Virus record (IMG/VR): IMGVR_UViG_3300012286_000299 | Location: 109,277-173,276 of that record | From: a virus | Taxonomy: Duplodnaviria > Heunggongvirae > Uroviricota > Caudoviricetes | Reading direction: 5' to 3' (one strand) | DNA length: 64,000 nt | Shown: positions 8,764 through 17,806 of the stretch, piece by piece | Layout of the letters: each line of letters starts with the position of its first letter | Position numbering within the stretch: the first letter of the stretch is position 1 | Program-made: the position numbers and the translations under genes | Notes under the pieces: model-generated | Seen by the model: the letters and a program-made list of their open reading frames with translations, nothing else | Told to the model about the DNA's origin: nothing | The model's database searches: none

Positions 8764-8924
8764 GATCATTTTACGTTATTGCATTAGCAATTATTTTATT
8801 ACCTATACCTTATTTTACAGGATTACCACAATGGTTAGCTTTAATACCAACTGCTTATTTGGTTTGGATATTTATAACCTCTTCTTGGTATGCTATTAAA
8901 CGTACATTCTTTAACAAAGACTAA
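8760..8924 (+). CDS. small membrane protein (54 aa)
   Basis: ATGA coupling on both sides; two TM helices. Confidence 0.4.
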   Translation: MRSFYVIALAIILLPIPYFTGLPQWLALIPTAYLVWIFITSSWYAIKRTFFNKD

Positions 8925-9403
8925 TGATCTACACAATACAAAAAGGAAGTCATAGGAGTACCTGGTTACCTAAATTTAATACAAATACAATAATAAACTT
9001 TAAGTTTAAATTTTTATCTGATCCTTCATATATTTTAGGTAATAAATTAGATCAAGAAGACACTAACAAAATATTTGGAATATCAGATTCATGGTATCAT
9101 CGTAGACATTCAGTTAGATTAGGTTGGAGATATGATGACAAATTGCAAAAATCTATACTTTGTGTGTATTACTACAGAGATAGTAAACATTATACTCAAG
9201 ATTTAGGTGAAATGTATCAAGATAAAACATATTATGGTTTTATATCAATGTATAAAGATGAGTACATGATAGCATGTTTAGGAGATGTAATAACAATTCC
9301 AAGAACATCAAAATGGTGGGGTCCTCGATATTTATTGTTCCCATACTTTGGGGGACAACAAGTGGCACCAAAACAATTTAAAATAGAATTAACAAACTGG
9401 TAA
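8924..9403 (+). CDS. hypothetical protein immediately upstream of queD
   Basis: ORF coupled to small upstream ORFs; no known motif. Confidence 0.55.
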   Translation: MIYTIQKGSHRSTWLPKFNTNTIINFKFKFLSDPSYILGNKLDQEDTNKIFGISDSWYHRRHSVRLGWRYDDKLQKSILCVYYYRDSKHYTQDLGEMYQDKTYYGFISMYKDEYMIACLGDVITIPRTSKWWGPRYLLFPYFGGQQVAPKQFKIELTNW

Positions 9404-9405
9404 AA

Positions 9406-9882
9406 ATGGGAAAATATCAATCAACAAAATTATTCGAGAACTACTCAGTAGCTATCAGACAATGGAAAGCACAACACTCACATTGTCAATTACTTCACGG
9501 ATATGCTTTAGAATTTAAAGTATGGTTTGAATCAATCGAACCTTTAGAAGAAAATCAATTAGACGAAATGAACTGGATCATGGACTATGGTGGGTTTAAA
9601 GAACAACCACAAGGAAACGGTTTAAAAGCATGGATGGACTATATGTGGGATCATACTCTACTAATCGAGAAAGATGATCCGCAATTAGAAACATTCCAAT
9701 ACATGCAAGAATTAGGTTTGTGTCATTTAAGAGTTATGGATAAGATTGGAGCTGAATCAGCTGCTAAACTAGTCTTCGATAAATTCAATGATGTAATGTC
9801 TAAGAATGGAGGAGGTAGAGTAAAAGTAGTAAAAGTAGAGTGCTGGGAAGCTCCTAAGAATTCATCAATTTATGGAGAGTAA
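9406..9882 (+). CDS. queD: 6-carboxy-5,6,7,8-tetrahydropterin synthase (QueD/PTPS fold)
   Basis: CxxxHG(Y) zinc motif HCQLLHGYALEF; PTPS-like WDHTLL motif; position next to queE and folE. Confidence 0.75.
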   Translation: MGKYQSTKLFENYSVAIRQWKAQHSHCQLLHGYALEFKVWFESIEPLEENQLDEMNWIMDYGGFKEQPQGNGLKAWMDYMWDHTLLIEKDDPQLETFQYMQELGLCHLRVMDKIGAESAAKLVFDKFNDVMSKNGGGRVKVVKVECWEAPKNSSIYGE

Positions 9883-10747
9883 ATTTCTACAAGAGAATGG
9901 TTTTTTCGATGATAATACAGGAAAAATATCTCTAGCAGATAAATTAGAAGGTAAAACAAAACAGTATATGAAATTAAAAAGAATAGAAGATTACAACAAA
10001 ATACTGCCGATAGTAGAAGTCTATACAGCAGTACAATCAGAAGGAAGTAGAGCAGGATATCCTACAGTAGTAATTCGAACAAGTGGCTGTACTCACCGCT
10101 GCTGGTTCGGTGAAGGAGGTTGGTGTGATAGTCCATACACATCAATTCATCCAGAGAAAGGGAAATATTCATTCCAGAATATAATTGAAGCATACGACAG
10201 AAATCCTCACATCACAGAGATGATGTTAACTGGAGGATCACCAACAATGCATCCAGCATTAGTAAACGAATTAACACATTTTGCACATGAAAGAGGAATT
10301 TTTATTACTATGGAAACAGAGGGATCACATTACTTGGAAACAGACTTTCCGATTAATTTACTTAGCATTAGCCCTAAGTTTTCAAATTCAATTCCAGCAT
10401 TGGGAACCCGCACTCCAGGCGGTGACATCGTTGATGAAAAGATGGTTAAACAGCATAACAAACTTAGATTAAATTATGATGCAATGTCTAAGTCAATTGC
10501 GTATCATTCTGATTATCACCTGAAACCAGTGTGGGATGGAGAGGATGAAGGAGCATTGAAAGAGATTATGGCTTGCATTAAAATTCTAGATATTCCAGAA
10601 GACAAAGTTTGGTTCATGCCAGCAGGAGATTCAAGAGAGGCTTTATTCAAATCATATCCTAAAATGTTTGATTGGGTAAGAGATAATGGATATAGATTGA
10701 CTTGGAGACCACACATCATTGCATTTGAAGATAAAAGAGAAGTATAA
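9872..10747 (+). CDS. queE: 7-carboxy-7-deazaguanine synthase-like radical SAM enzyme
   Basis: Cys cluster SGCTHRCWFGEGGWCD with non-standard spacing (QueE variants with inserts are known); LTGGSPT SAM-binding motif; gene context. Confidence 0.65.
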   Translation: MESKFLQENGFFDDNTGKISLADKLEGKTKQYMKLKRIEDYNKILPIVEVYTAVQSEGSRAGYPTVVIRTSGCTHRCWFGEGGWCDSPYTSIHPEKGKYSFQNIIEAYDRNPHITEMMLTGGSPTMHPALVNELTHFAHERGIFITMETEGSHYLETDFPINLLSISPKFSNSIPALGTRTPGGDIVDEKMVKQHNKLRLNYDAMSKSIAYHSDYHLKPVWDGEDEGALKEIMACIKILDIPEDKVWFMPAGDSREALFKSYPKMFDWVRDNGYRLTWRPHIIAFEDKREV

Positions 10748-10803
10748 TATCATTTGGATATTAAAATAGAATTTATTACATTTACCTATTAAAAAAATTA
10801 TAA

Positions 10804-11499
10804 ATGACAGAAAATAGAAAAAAAGTCCACAACGATTTAGAAGTGGTACAAGTGGGATTTGCTAATGGTGTAGCACCTGGATTTCCCCTAAATGAGATTG
10901 AAAAACAAGGTATGATTGAGCAGGCTGCTGAAGCCTATGGTCAGTTTTTAACAGCATTAGGTTGTGATTGGAAAAATGATCCTAATAGTGCTGATACACC
11001 AAGACGTGTAGCTAAAGCCTATGTTAACGATCTATGGAAAGGTAGATATACTCCAATGTCTGAAATTACTTCATTCCCAAGTGATGGTTATGATGGGATT
11101 GTGATTGAAAGAAATATCCCTTTAACATCAATGTGTTCACATCACCACCAAACAATTGGAGGGGTAGTTCATATTGGGTATGTGGTAGGTGAAAATGGTA
11201 GAGTAATTGGTTTATCTAAATTAAACCGAATTGTAGAGCATTTTGGGCGTAGAGGTGCTATTCAAGAACAATTAACCTCTGCTATTCATCAAGCTGTAGA
11301 TAAAATTTGTGAAAATAATAGAGGTGTAATAGTTTCTATTGTTGGTACTCACAATTGCGTTTCTTGTAGAGGTGTTAAGCATCAAGGTGCTTCAATGATT
11401 ACAACTAAAGCATCAGGTGTTTTTATGGAGAATGGAAACTTAGCAAGAGAAGAATTCTTTGATTCAATTAAAATTAATAATGGTAATCATCCAGTATAA
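10804..11499 (+). CDS. folE: GTP cyclohydrolase I
   Basis: MCSHHHQTIGGVVHIGY active-site motif (CxHH); ~230 aa T-fold length. Confidence 0.85.
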   Translation: MTENRKKVHNDLEVVQVGFANGVAPGFPLNEIEKQGMIEQAAEAYGQFLTALGCDWKNDPNSADTPRRVAKAYVNDLWKGRYTPMSEITSFPSDGYDGIVIERNIPLTSMCSHHHQTIGGVVHIGYVVGENGRVIGLSKLNRIVEHFGRRGAIQEQLTSAIHQAVDKICENNRGVIVSIVGTHNCVSCRGVKHQGASMITTKASGVFMENGNLAREEFFDSIKINNGNHPV

Positions 11500-11903
11500 T
11501 GGCTTTAAGAATTCATAATAAAATTTATTTAGGTTGGGATGATATTAATGATTTAATTGATACATTATGTTCAAAAATTATTACTGATCTTCCTAATATT
11601 GATTCAGTTCATGGTATAAAACGCGGTGGGTTAATTCCTGCCGTGTTGGTATCACATAAATTAGGTTTACCGTGGTCTGACGTGATGTTACCTAATACTT
11701 TAGTAATAGATGATATTTGTGATACTGGAGTTACTTTAAAAAATACAGTTGGAACTTATACGGCTGCTTTACATTATAAACCTCATACTTCTTGTTTTAT
11801 ACCTAATATTTATGCCCACGAACATAAAGGTGATGAATGGATTATCTACCCTTGGGAAAGAAAAGATTCAGAATCTATACAAGATTATTTAAAAACAAAA
11901 TAA
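11499..11903 (+). CDS. purine phosphoribosyltransferase of the xanthine-guanine PRTase (Gpt) family, compact form
   Basis: Collinear with E. coli XGPRT: [9 protein letters not shown] vs [29 protein letters not shown] vs [33 protein letters not shown] vs IVIDDLVDTGGTA (PRPP loop); EWIIYPWE vs TWIEQPWD. Start overlaps the folE stop (TAATG). Confidence 0.75.
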   Translation: [134 protein letters not shown]

Positions 11904-11907
11904 AAAC

Positions 11908-12099
11908 ATGGCAAAAACTGAACAAATTCTCCAAATTACAGAAGTTATTTCAAATTTAGGAAAAGATCTTTTATCTGCAAATGAATCTAAAACAAATGCA
12001 TCATCTGAAGATCTACTTTTAATAGAACAAAATATTCAATATCTTGAAACTGTTTTACAAGAACATAAAGATAAACTTCAACAACTTATTTCTGAATAA
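11908..12099 (+). CDS. small hypothetical protein
   Basis: ORF. Confidence 0.45.
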   Translation: MAKTEQILQITEVISNLGKDLLSANESKTNASSEDLLLIEQNIQYLETVLQEHKDKLQQLISE

Positions 12100-12102
12100 T
12101 AA

Positions 12103-12492
12103 ATGACAGAAAATTTTGATCCAAATGCTCCTTCAAGAGGATTAGGTGATACAATTGCTAAATTTACTCATACAACTGGTATAGCTAAAGCTGTAGAAGT
12201 TGTAACGGGTGCTTTAGGAATAGAAGATTGTGGTTGTGGAAGAAGACAAGAATGGGTTAATAATTTAATTCCATATGAGAATCAGCCCAACCATAATGTT
12301 CAATATGATCCTAATAATGCTACAGAAGTAGAAGAAGGGATATATGAGGTAATGTATGAGATCCATGCTACTAAAGAAGGTAATAAATTTGATTACAAAG
12401 TAGGTGAAAAAATTTTGATAAATGAAAATCATTTATTATATTCAAATTGGCCTTATTATATAATGATAGGCGCAGTTAAAAAACAAAATTAA
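12103..12492 (+). CDS. hypothetical protein
   Basis: ORF; DCGCGRR motif. Confidence 0.5.
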   Translation: MTENFDPNAPSRGLGDTIAKFTHTTGIAKAVEVVTGALGIEDCGCGRRQEWVNNLIPYENQPNHNVQYDPNNATEVEEGIYEVMYEIHATKEGNKFDYKVGEKILINENHLLYSNWPYYIMIGAVKKQN

Positions 12493-12501
12493 ATTAAAGT
12501 T

Positions 12502-13026
12502 ATGATTACAAAACCCAATGTACCTTTTATTGACGAGGTAGAAGAATTTAATGCCGTGATGGGCAAACCAAACAATTATGAACCAATTATTCCCGAAAGA
12601 AAAGAGTGGGAGTTCGTGTACAATTTCATCCTTGAGGAACTTGAAGAATATCGAGAAGCTTGCGAAGCAGGAAACATCGTGGAAGTTTTGGATGCTTTGT
12701 GCGATATTACTTATGTTGCCACTGGGAACGGTGCTATGCTACATGGCCTTAAGGGTAAGGTATGGCCGGCATATCAAGAAGTACAAGCTTCAAATTTATC
12801 GAAAGCTTGCCAAACTGAAGACGAAGCTAAAGCAACTGTCATTCAAAGATCGAGTGAACAAGGTGAAGAATGTCATTACGAAAAAGTTGGAGAATATTTC
12901 ATCGTATATCGAACAAGAGATAGAAAAGTAATGAAAAACGTAAATTACTTCAAACCAAACTTAAAACAATTCTTTACAGATAAAGAAATTCAAAAATCAT
13001 ATTTAATACAAATAACAGGAAATTAA
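12502..13026 (+). CDS. MazG-like all-alpha nucleoside triphosphate pyrophosphohydrolase (putative)
   Basis: EELEEYREA ... EVLDALCDI acidic-helix pattern typical of the MazG/HisE NTP-PPase fold. Confidence 0.5.
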   Translation: MITKPNVPFIDEVEEFNAVMGKPNNYEPIIPERKEWEFVYNFILEELEEYREACEAGNIVEVLDALCDITYVATGNGAMLHGLKGKVWPAYQEVQASNLSKACQTEDEAKATVIQRSSEQGEECHYEKVGEYFIVYRTRDRKVMKNVNYFKPNLKQFFTDKEIQKSYLIQITGN

Positions 13027-13041
13027 TTTAAACTAGAAAAC

Positions 13042-13464
13042 ATGACAGCAATACAAGTATTAGGATTAATAGCATTTATAATAGCATTATCAGGTGTATT
13101 AGGGTTCTTATTTCAAGCCGGAAACGACGAAGAAGAAGAAGTTACATTTACTACTCCTGAGTATACTAAAGAAGAACTAGAAAATATTAAAGCTGCTGAA
13201 GCAGAATATAATAAACCTGTAGTAGCCGAAGAACTTGAAGTTACAGAACCTGAATTTGTAGCAAAAGGACTTAGTAGTACACCAGTAGCTCCGGAATTTC
13301 CAAACATAGGAAAGGATCTTACAAAAGTATTCCCACCAGATGCAACTATTAACACAGAAGAAATAGTAGAAACTAAATTGAAAAAGGTAAAAGAACCTAA
13401 ATCAGAGTTTCCAATTGATAAACCAAAGAAAAAAAGAAAATATTATCCTAAAAAAGCAAAATAA
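13042..13464 (+). CDS. membrane-anchored acidic/basic protein
   Basis: N-terminal TM helix, EEEE tract, KKKRKYYPKKAK tail. Confidence 0.5.
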   Translation: MTAIQVLGLIAFIIALSGVLGFLFQAGNDEEEEVTFTTPEYTKEELENIKAAEAEYNKPVVAEELEVTEPEFVAKGLSSTPVAPEFPNIGKDLTKVFPPDATINTEEIVETKLKKVKEPKSEFPIDKPKKKRKYYPKKAK

Positions 13465-13539
13465 TATTAAATAAAGGTTAATTTTACATTATGGACTGAA
13501 TTAATTTAATTATTTTATAATCTGTCCATATTTATATGC

Positions 13540-14085
13540 ATGGATAAAAAAGTATGCAGTAAATGTAAAATTGAAAAAACTTTAGAAGAGTTTTCAATAG
13601 ATTTGTCTACTAAAAGTGGTAGAAAAAGTCAATGTAAAGAATGTAGAAAATTAATTTCTAAAAAGGAATATAAAAGTGATCCTTTATCTCATAATGTTAG
13701 AACTAGTGCTTATTATAAGGATAATAAAGAGTCTACTAGGAAGCAACAACGTGATTATGAAAGAAAACGTTTAAAAGTAGATCCCTTATTTAAATTAGGA
13801 AAATCAATGAGATGTCATTTGTATAGAATATTACAAGGACAAAAATCCATGAGTACTAAAGAATTATTAGGGTATAATGTTGAAGAATTAAAAATTCATA
13901 TTGAATCTCTTTGGGTAGAAGGAATGAATTGGGAAAATTGGGGTAAAGAATGGGAAATTGATCATATTTATCCTCTATCTCAATATTTAAAAGAAGGAGA
14001 AACTAGGCCTAGTATAATTAATAGTCTTAAAAATCTTCAACCTATAAGTAAAATTGAAAATCGAAAAAAATCAAATAAGTTATAA
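13540..14085 (+). CDS. HNH endonuclease (homing-endonuclease-like), paralog of 50911-51546
   Basis: N-terminal CSKCK...CKEC zinc knuckle; C-terminal WEIDHIYP...N...N HNH motif. Confidence 0.7.
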   Translation: MDKKVCSKCKIEKTLEEFSIDLSTKSGRKSQCKECRKLISKKEYKSDPLSHNVRTSAYYKDNKESTRKQQRDYERKRLKVDPLFKLGKSMRCHLYRILQGQKSMSTKELLGYNVEELKIHIESLWVEGMNWENWGKEWEIDHIYPLSQYLKEGETRPSIINSLKNLQPISKIENRKKSNKL

Positions 14086-15812
14086 TGTATAAGAATATTG
14101 TTACGAATTCATTAGGGAAAAATAGATATAAGGTCATTTTATACACTGATGATGGAGTTGAAGAACATGAATTTCAAAATTATGCATATGAAGTGTGTAG
14201 CCAAAACCAGGCTACACATTTTGGTCTAAATGGAGAACCTTTAATGAAAACTACTTATTGGGATAAAACCAATCCCTTTATTCATTATCATGATATGCCT
14301 ATTCATCAAAAATTTTTAATTGATAAATATGGTACTAATGATGAACCCTCAACTACACATCAAGAAATATTTTTTGATATTGAGATTGAAATGGGAGGTG
14401 CTCTTACACCTGAGTACATTAGAAAAGCTCCAAAACCTGTTACTTCAATTGCTTGGTGGCATAAACAAGAAGATAAATGGTATATTTTAATTTTAGATAA
14501 AGATAATAAAATTGAAAAAACTACTATAGAGAATAAATATATTATTCCTGTACCTAACGAAAGAGAATTATTAAATAAGTGGTTAAATTATTTGAACAAA
14601 GTTAACCCTGATATCTTAATTGGCTATAATAGTGATTACTTCGATATACCTTACCTATACTATAGAATACTAAATCAATTAGGTGAACGTAGAGCTAATG
14701 CTTTCTCTCCAATAGGTAAAGTTAAAGAACAAAAACATTCAAATGAATCAGGAATGGTTTTTTGGAATGAAGAACAACCTATAAGAATAGAAGGAATGTA
14801 TTCTTTGGATTACATTCGCTTACATAAAAAATATTCGTTTGCAGATGAACCATCTTATAAATTAGATGCTTTAGGAGAAAAGTATTGTAAATTAGGTAAA
14901 ATTGAATATGAAGGTAGTTTAGACAGATTATTTGAAACTGATAAAGAAAAATTCATTGAATATAACTTTCGAGATGTTGAAATCCTAAAAGCACTTGATA
15001 ATAAATTTAATTATATTAGTTTAACTAAAAATCTAGCTCATAAGGGTAAAATCCATTATGATGATGTTTATCAATCATCTAAAATTCATGATGGAGCTAT
15101 TTCAGCATTCTTATTATCAGAAGATATAATTCCTCCTTCACGAGATAGAAACCCAATTAAAAAAGCTAATTACGCTGGTGGTTATTTGTTTTGTCCTAAA
15201 GCAGGGTTATATCGCTATATGTTTGATGAGGATTTAACTTCACTATACCCATCAATTATTATGTCTCTTAACATTGGTAAAGAAACATTAATAGGTAGAA
15301 TTATTGATTTAAATGATAGAAACAATCATTTAGGTTTAAATGATTTAATAAATGATATTGAAGATAGACCTCGTACTATGGAATGGTTTACTAATAAAGA
15401 TAAGTTCAGTAAAATTGATTGGACTTCTTCTAAAGTAGTTAAACTAATTCAACAATATAATTTGGCTATCTCAGCAAATGGTGTTATCTTTCGTACAGAT
15501 AAAGAGTCTGTATTATCAACTATTCTGAATAAGTGGTTTGATGAAAGGGTTTTATACAAAAATAAAATGAAAGCTGCATATAAAGCAGGAGATACAGTAG
15601 GTGGTGAGAAATATCATTTATTGCAATATACAATGAAAATCTTACTTAATTCACTTTATGGTGCTACAGCATTACCTTCATTTAGATATGGGAATGTAAT
15701 TCTATCAGAAGCAATCACTTTAAGTGGACAACGTATTATTCAAGAATCAGCACTTTGTGCTAACAGACATATGAACAAAGTTATTCGTGGTGAAATTAAA
15801 TTAGAGATATAA
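14085..15812 (+). CDS. family B DNA polymerase, N-terminal part (exonuclease + palm motifs A and B)
   Basis: Exo I FFDIEIE; Exo II YNSDYFDIPYL; motif A DEDLTSLYPSII; motif B KILLNSLYG; ends with a stop before motif C. Confidence 0.9.
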   Translation: MYKNIVTNSLGKNRYKVILYTDDGVEEHEFQNYAYEVCSQNQATHFGLNGEPLMKTTYWDKTNPFIHYHDMPIHQKFLIDKYGTNDEPSTTHQEIFFDIEIEMGGALTPEYIRKAPKPVTSIAWWHKQEDKWYILILDKDNKIEKTTIENKYIIPVPNERELLNKWLNYLNKVNPDILIGYNSDYFDIPYLYYRILNQLGERRANAFSPIGKVKEQKHSNESGMVFWNEEQPIRIEGMYSLDYIRLHKKYSFADEPSYKLDALGEKYCKLGKIEYEGSLDRLFETDKEKFIEYNFRDVEILKALDNKFNYISLTKNLAHKGKIHYDDVYQSSKIHDGAISAFLLSEDIIPPSRDRNPIKKANYAGGYLFCPKAGLYRYMFDEDLTSLYPSIIMSLNIGKETLIGRIIDLNDRNNHLGLNDLINDIEDRPRTMEWFTNKDKFSKIDWTSSKVVKLIQQYNLAISANGVIFRTDKESVLSTILNKWFDERVLYKNKMKAAYKAGDTVGGEKYHLLQYTMKILLNSLYGATALPSFRYGNVILSEAITLSGQRIIQESALCANRHMNKVIRGEIKLEI

Positions 15813-16075
15813 TGGCATTAAAAGGACAATCAATTAGAAACGGGGTTACTATTAATATAAATGGTGTTAAAGCCGAAAAACAATTAGTTATTGATTTATC
15901 TGAAAATTGGGATGAATCACAAGAAAGATTCTTTAAGAAAATGCTTAAACAAGGAGGAAAATGTAAAGTTAATGGAAACTCATTTGAAATTATCCTCAAA
16001 GAAAGATCTGATATAGATTCAAAAGGAAATAGACCTATTAATTTACCACCAGTACCAGGAGAAAGAACATTTTAA
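15812..16075 (+). CDS. intervening small ORF splitting the DNA polymerase gene
   Basis: 264-bp ORF between the two polymerase halves, coupled by ATAATG and TAATATG junctions; no polymerase motif. Confidence 0.45.
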   Translation: MALKGQSIRNGVTININGVKAEKQLVIDLSENWDESQERFFKKMLKQGGKCKVNGNSFEIILKERSDIDSKGNRPINLPPVPGERTF

Positions 16076-16076
16076 T

Positions 16077-17012
16077 ATGAAACATTTAGAAGATACCCCA
16101 TGGTGGATATGTGATGAAGGTGATTTTAATTTTTGTGCTTATGTTGATACAGATTCTAATTATTTCAATGCTGAGCCATTATTGAAACATTTATATCCTG
16201 ATTTTGATGAAAAAACTGATCAAGAAAAAGATGATTTATTAGAGAAAGTAGCTCTTAAGTACCAAGATATTATAACTGAACACTATGATATACTTGCTAA
16301 AGAAGCCTTTAATATTAGTACACACCGATTAGAAATGAAAACTGAGTGTGTTATTCGTTCTGCTTATTTTAGAGCTACAAGACGTTATGCTCAATGGATT
16401 ACTAAAAAAGAAGGTATAGCAAAAGAGGAATTAGACATTAAAGGATTAGAATTTAAAAAAGCTAATTTCCCTAAATATTTTGGAAAGTTTTATCAAGAAA
16501 TTCTTGAATTAATCATTAAAGGTACTTCACAGAGTATTATAGATAAGAAAATTCATGAATTTAGACAAGAAGCAACCTCAACTGATATAGATTTTACCCT
16601 TATAGGTAACCCAACATCAGTTAAAACATTAAATGAGTATATAGCTTCCCACCCTAAACCAGGTAAAATATTATCTGAAATAAAATCAGGAGCTGGTGCA
16701 TCAGTTAAAGCTTCTATCAAACATAATGATTTATTACGATTTTGGCAATTAGATTCAAAACATAGTCAAATAGTACAAGGTGATAAAGTAAAATGGGTTT
16801 ATTTAAAAAATAACCCTTATAATATAGAAGCTATTGCATTTTTAGAATTTGATATGGCTGATAAAATCAAAGACTTCATTAATGAATATATTGATAGAGG
16901 GAAAAGTTTTGAAACTATATTACAGAAAAAACTACAAGGCTTCTATGATGACCTTGAATGGATGTTACCACCAGCAAATCCACTAATACATAAATTTTTT
17001 ACATTCAACTAA
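16077..17012 (+). CDS. family B DNA polymerase, C-terminal part (motif C + thumb)
   Basis: CAYVDTDS (motif C, YxDTDS) 20 aa from the start; spacing to motif B fits an uninterrupted PolB. Confidence 0.85.
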   Translation: MKHLEDTPWWICDEGDFNFCAYVDTDSNYFNAEPLLKHLYPDFDEKTDQEKDDLLEKVALKYQDIITEHYDILAKEAFNISTHRLEMKTECVIRSAYFRATRRYAQWITKKEGIAKEELDIKGLEFKKANFPKYFGKFYQEILELIIKGTSQSIIDKKIHEFRQEATSTDIDFTLIGNPTSVKTLNEYIASHPKPGKILSEIKSGAGASVKASIKHNDLLRFWQLDSKHSQIVQGDKVKWVYLKNNPYNIEAIAFLEFDMADKIKDFINEYIDRGKSFETILQKKLQGFYDDLEWMLPPANPLIHKFFTFN

Positions 17013-17734
17013 TGGATAAAACAATATTAACACAAATAATTGAAAGCTTTTACTTAAATGGATTAACATCTCAAGTTAAATTTAAGGTAAAAAACAACGA
17101 AGCTCACATTAAATTTGCAGTCGACAATAAGGATTGCATAGGAGAAGTTATTGCGCCTATAACTTTAGAAGATTGCGAGATTGGTATTTTTAATACTAGT
17201 CAATTACTTAAATTAATTAATATAACTAATGATTTTATTGATTTAAAATTAGAAAAAAATGGTATTCACTTTTTAAAACTTCATATTAGTGATAACCAAT
17301 TTGATTTATCATATAATTTAAGTGATTTAGGGTTAATTCAAGATCCTGGTGTAGTTCCTAATTTACCTCCTCATGATTTAGAATTTGATATTAATTTTGA
17401 TTTTACTCAAAAATATATTAAAGCACATAACGCATTAGATAAACCACCTCGTTTTGAAATAGGTGTATCTAAAGATTTTAAAAATGATGAAGTTATAAAT
17501 TTCATGATTGGTGAAAAATCATCTTATTCAAATAAAGCAAATTTTGCAGAATCTGGGAAAATTATAAATAAAATAAAACCTATAGCATTTAGTGCTAATA
17601 ACTTTAGAGAAGTAATATCTGTAAATAAAAATGCAGTAGGTAAGGTATGTGTTTATAAAGATGGGTTGTTAAAAATTAATCTAGAAGAAGCAGGAGTAAA
17701 ATCAGAATATTTTCTTGTAGCTTTACATGAGTAG
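17012..17734 (+). CDS. putative sliding clamp (gp45-like)
   Basis: 240 aa; position between polymerase and clamp loader; no strong motif, so called on context only. Confidence 0.4.
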   Translation: MDKTILTQIIESFYLNGLTSQVKFKVKNNEAHIKFAVDNKDCIGEVIAPITLEDCEIGIFNTSQLLKLINITNDFIDLKLEKNGIHFLKLHISDNQFDLSYNLSDLGLIQDPGVVPNLPPHDLEFDINFDFTQKYIKAHNALDKPPRFEIGVSKDFKNDEVINFMIGEKSSYSNKANFAESGKIINKIKPIAFSANNFREVISVNKNAVGKVCVYKDGLLKINLEEAGVKSEYFLVALHE

Positions 17735-17806
17735 TAATATTTATGACAAATGACCTAAGGGCAATTAATAACGAGTAGCAAAAGCACTCACAAAACGTAA
17801 ATCAAT

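Noticed and set aside
9232-9420. Minus-strand ORF (62 aa)
   Set aside because: Lies entirely inside the + strand gene 8924-9403 and the queD start. All convincing genes, promoters and terminators are on the + strand, so this is treated as a shadow ORF.
10516-10719. Minus-strand ORF (67 aa) and + strand alternate-frame ORF 10281-10472
   Set aside because: Both are embedded in queE, whose frame carries the radical-SAM motifs; no promoter box or start context.
12578-12931. Alternate-frame + ORF (117 aa)
   Set aside because: Fully overlaps the MazG-like gene, which has the recognisable motif pattern; Lys-rich low-complexity translation typical of AT-rich off-frames.
13113-13355. Minus-strand ORF (80 aa), Ser-rich
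   Set aside because: Antisense to the acidic region of 13042-13464; low-complexity product; no signals.
15812-16075. Intein splitting the polymerase
   Set aside because: The insert is a separate ORF bounded by stop and start codons and lacks intein splice-junction residues (no C/S at +1 and no HN at the end), so a mobile small gene or degenerate element is more likely.
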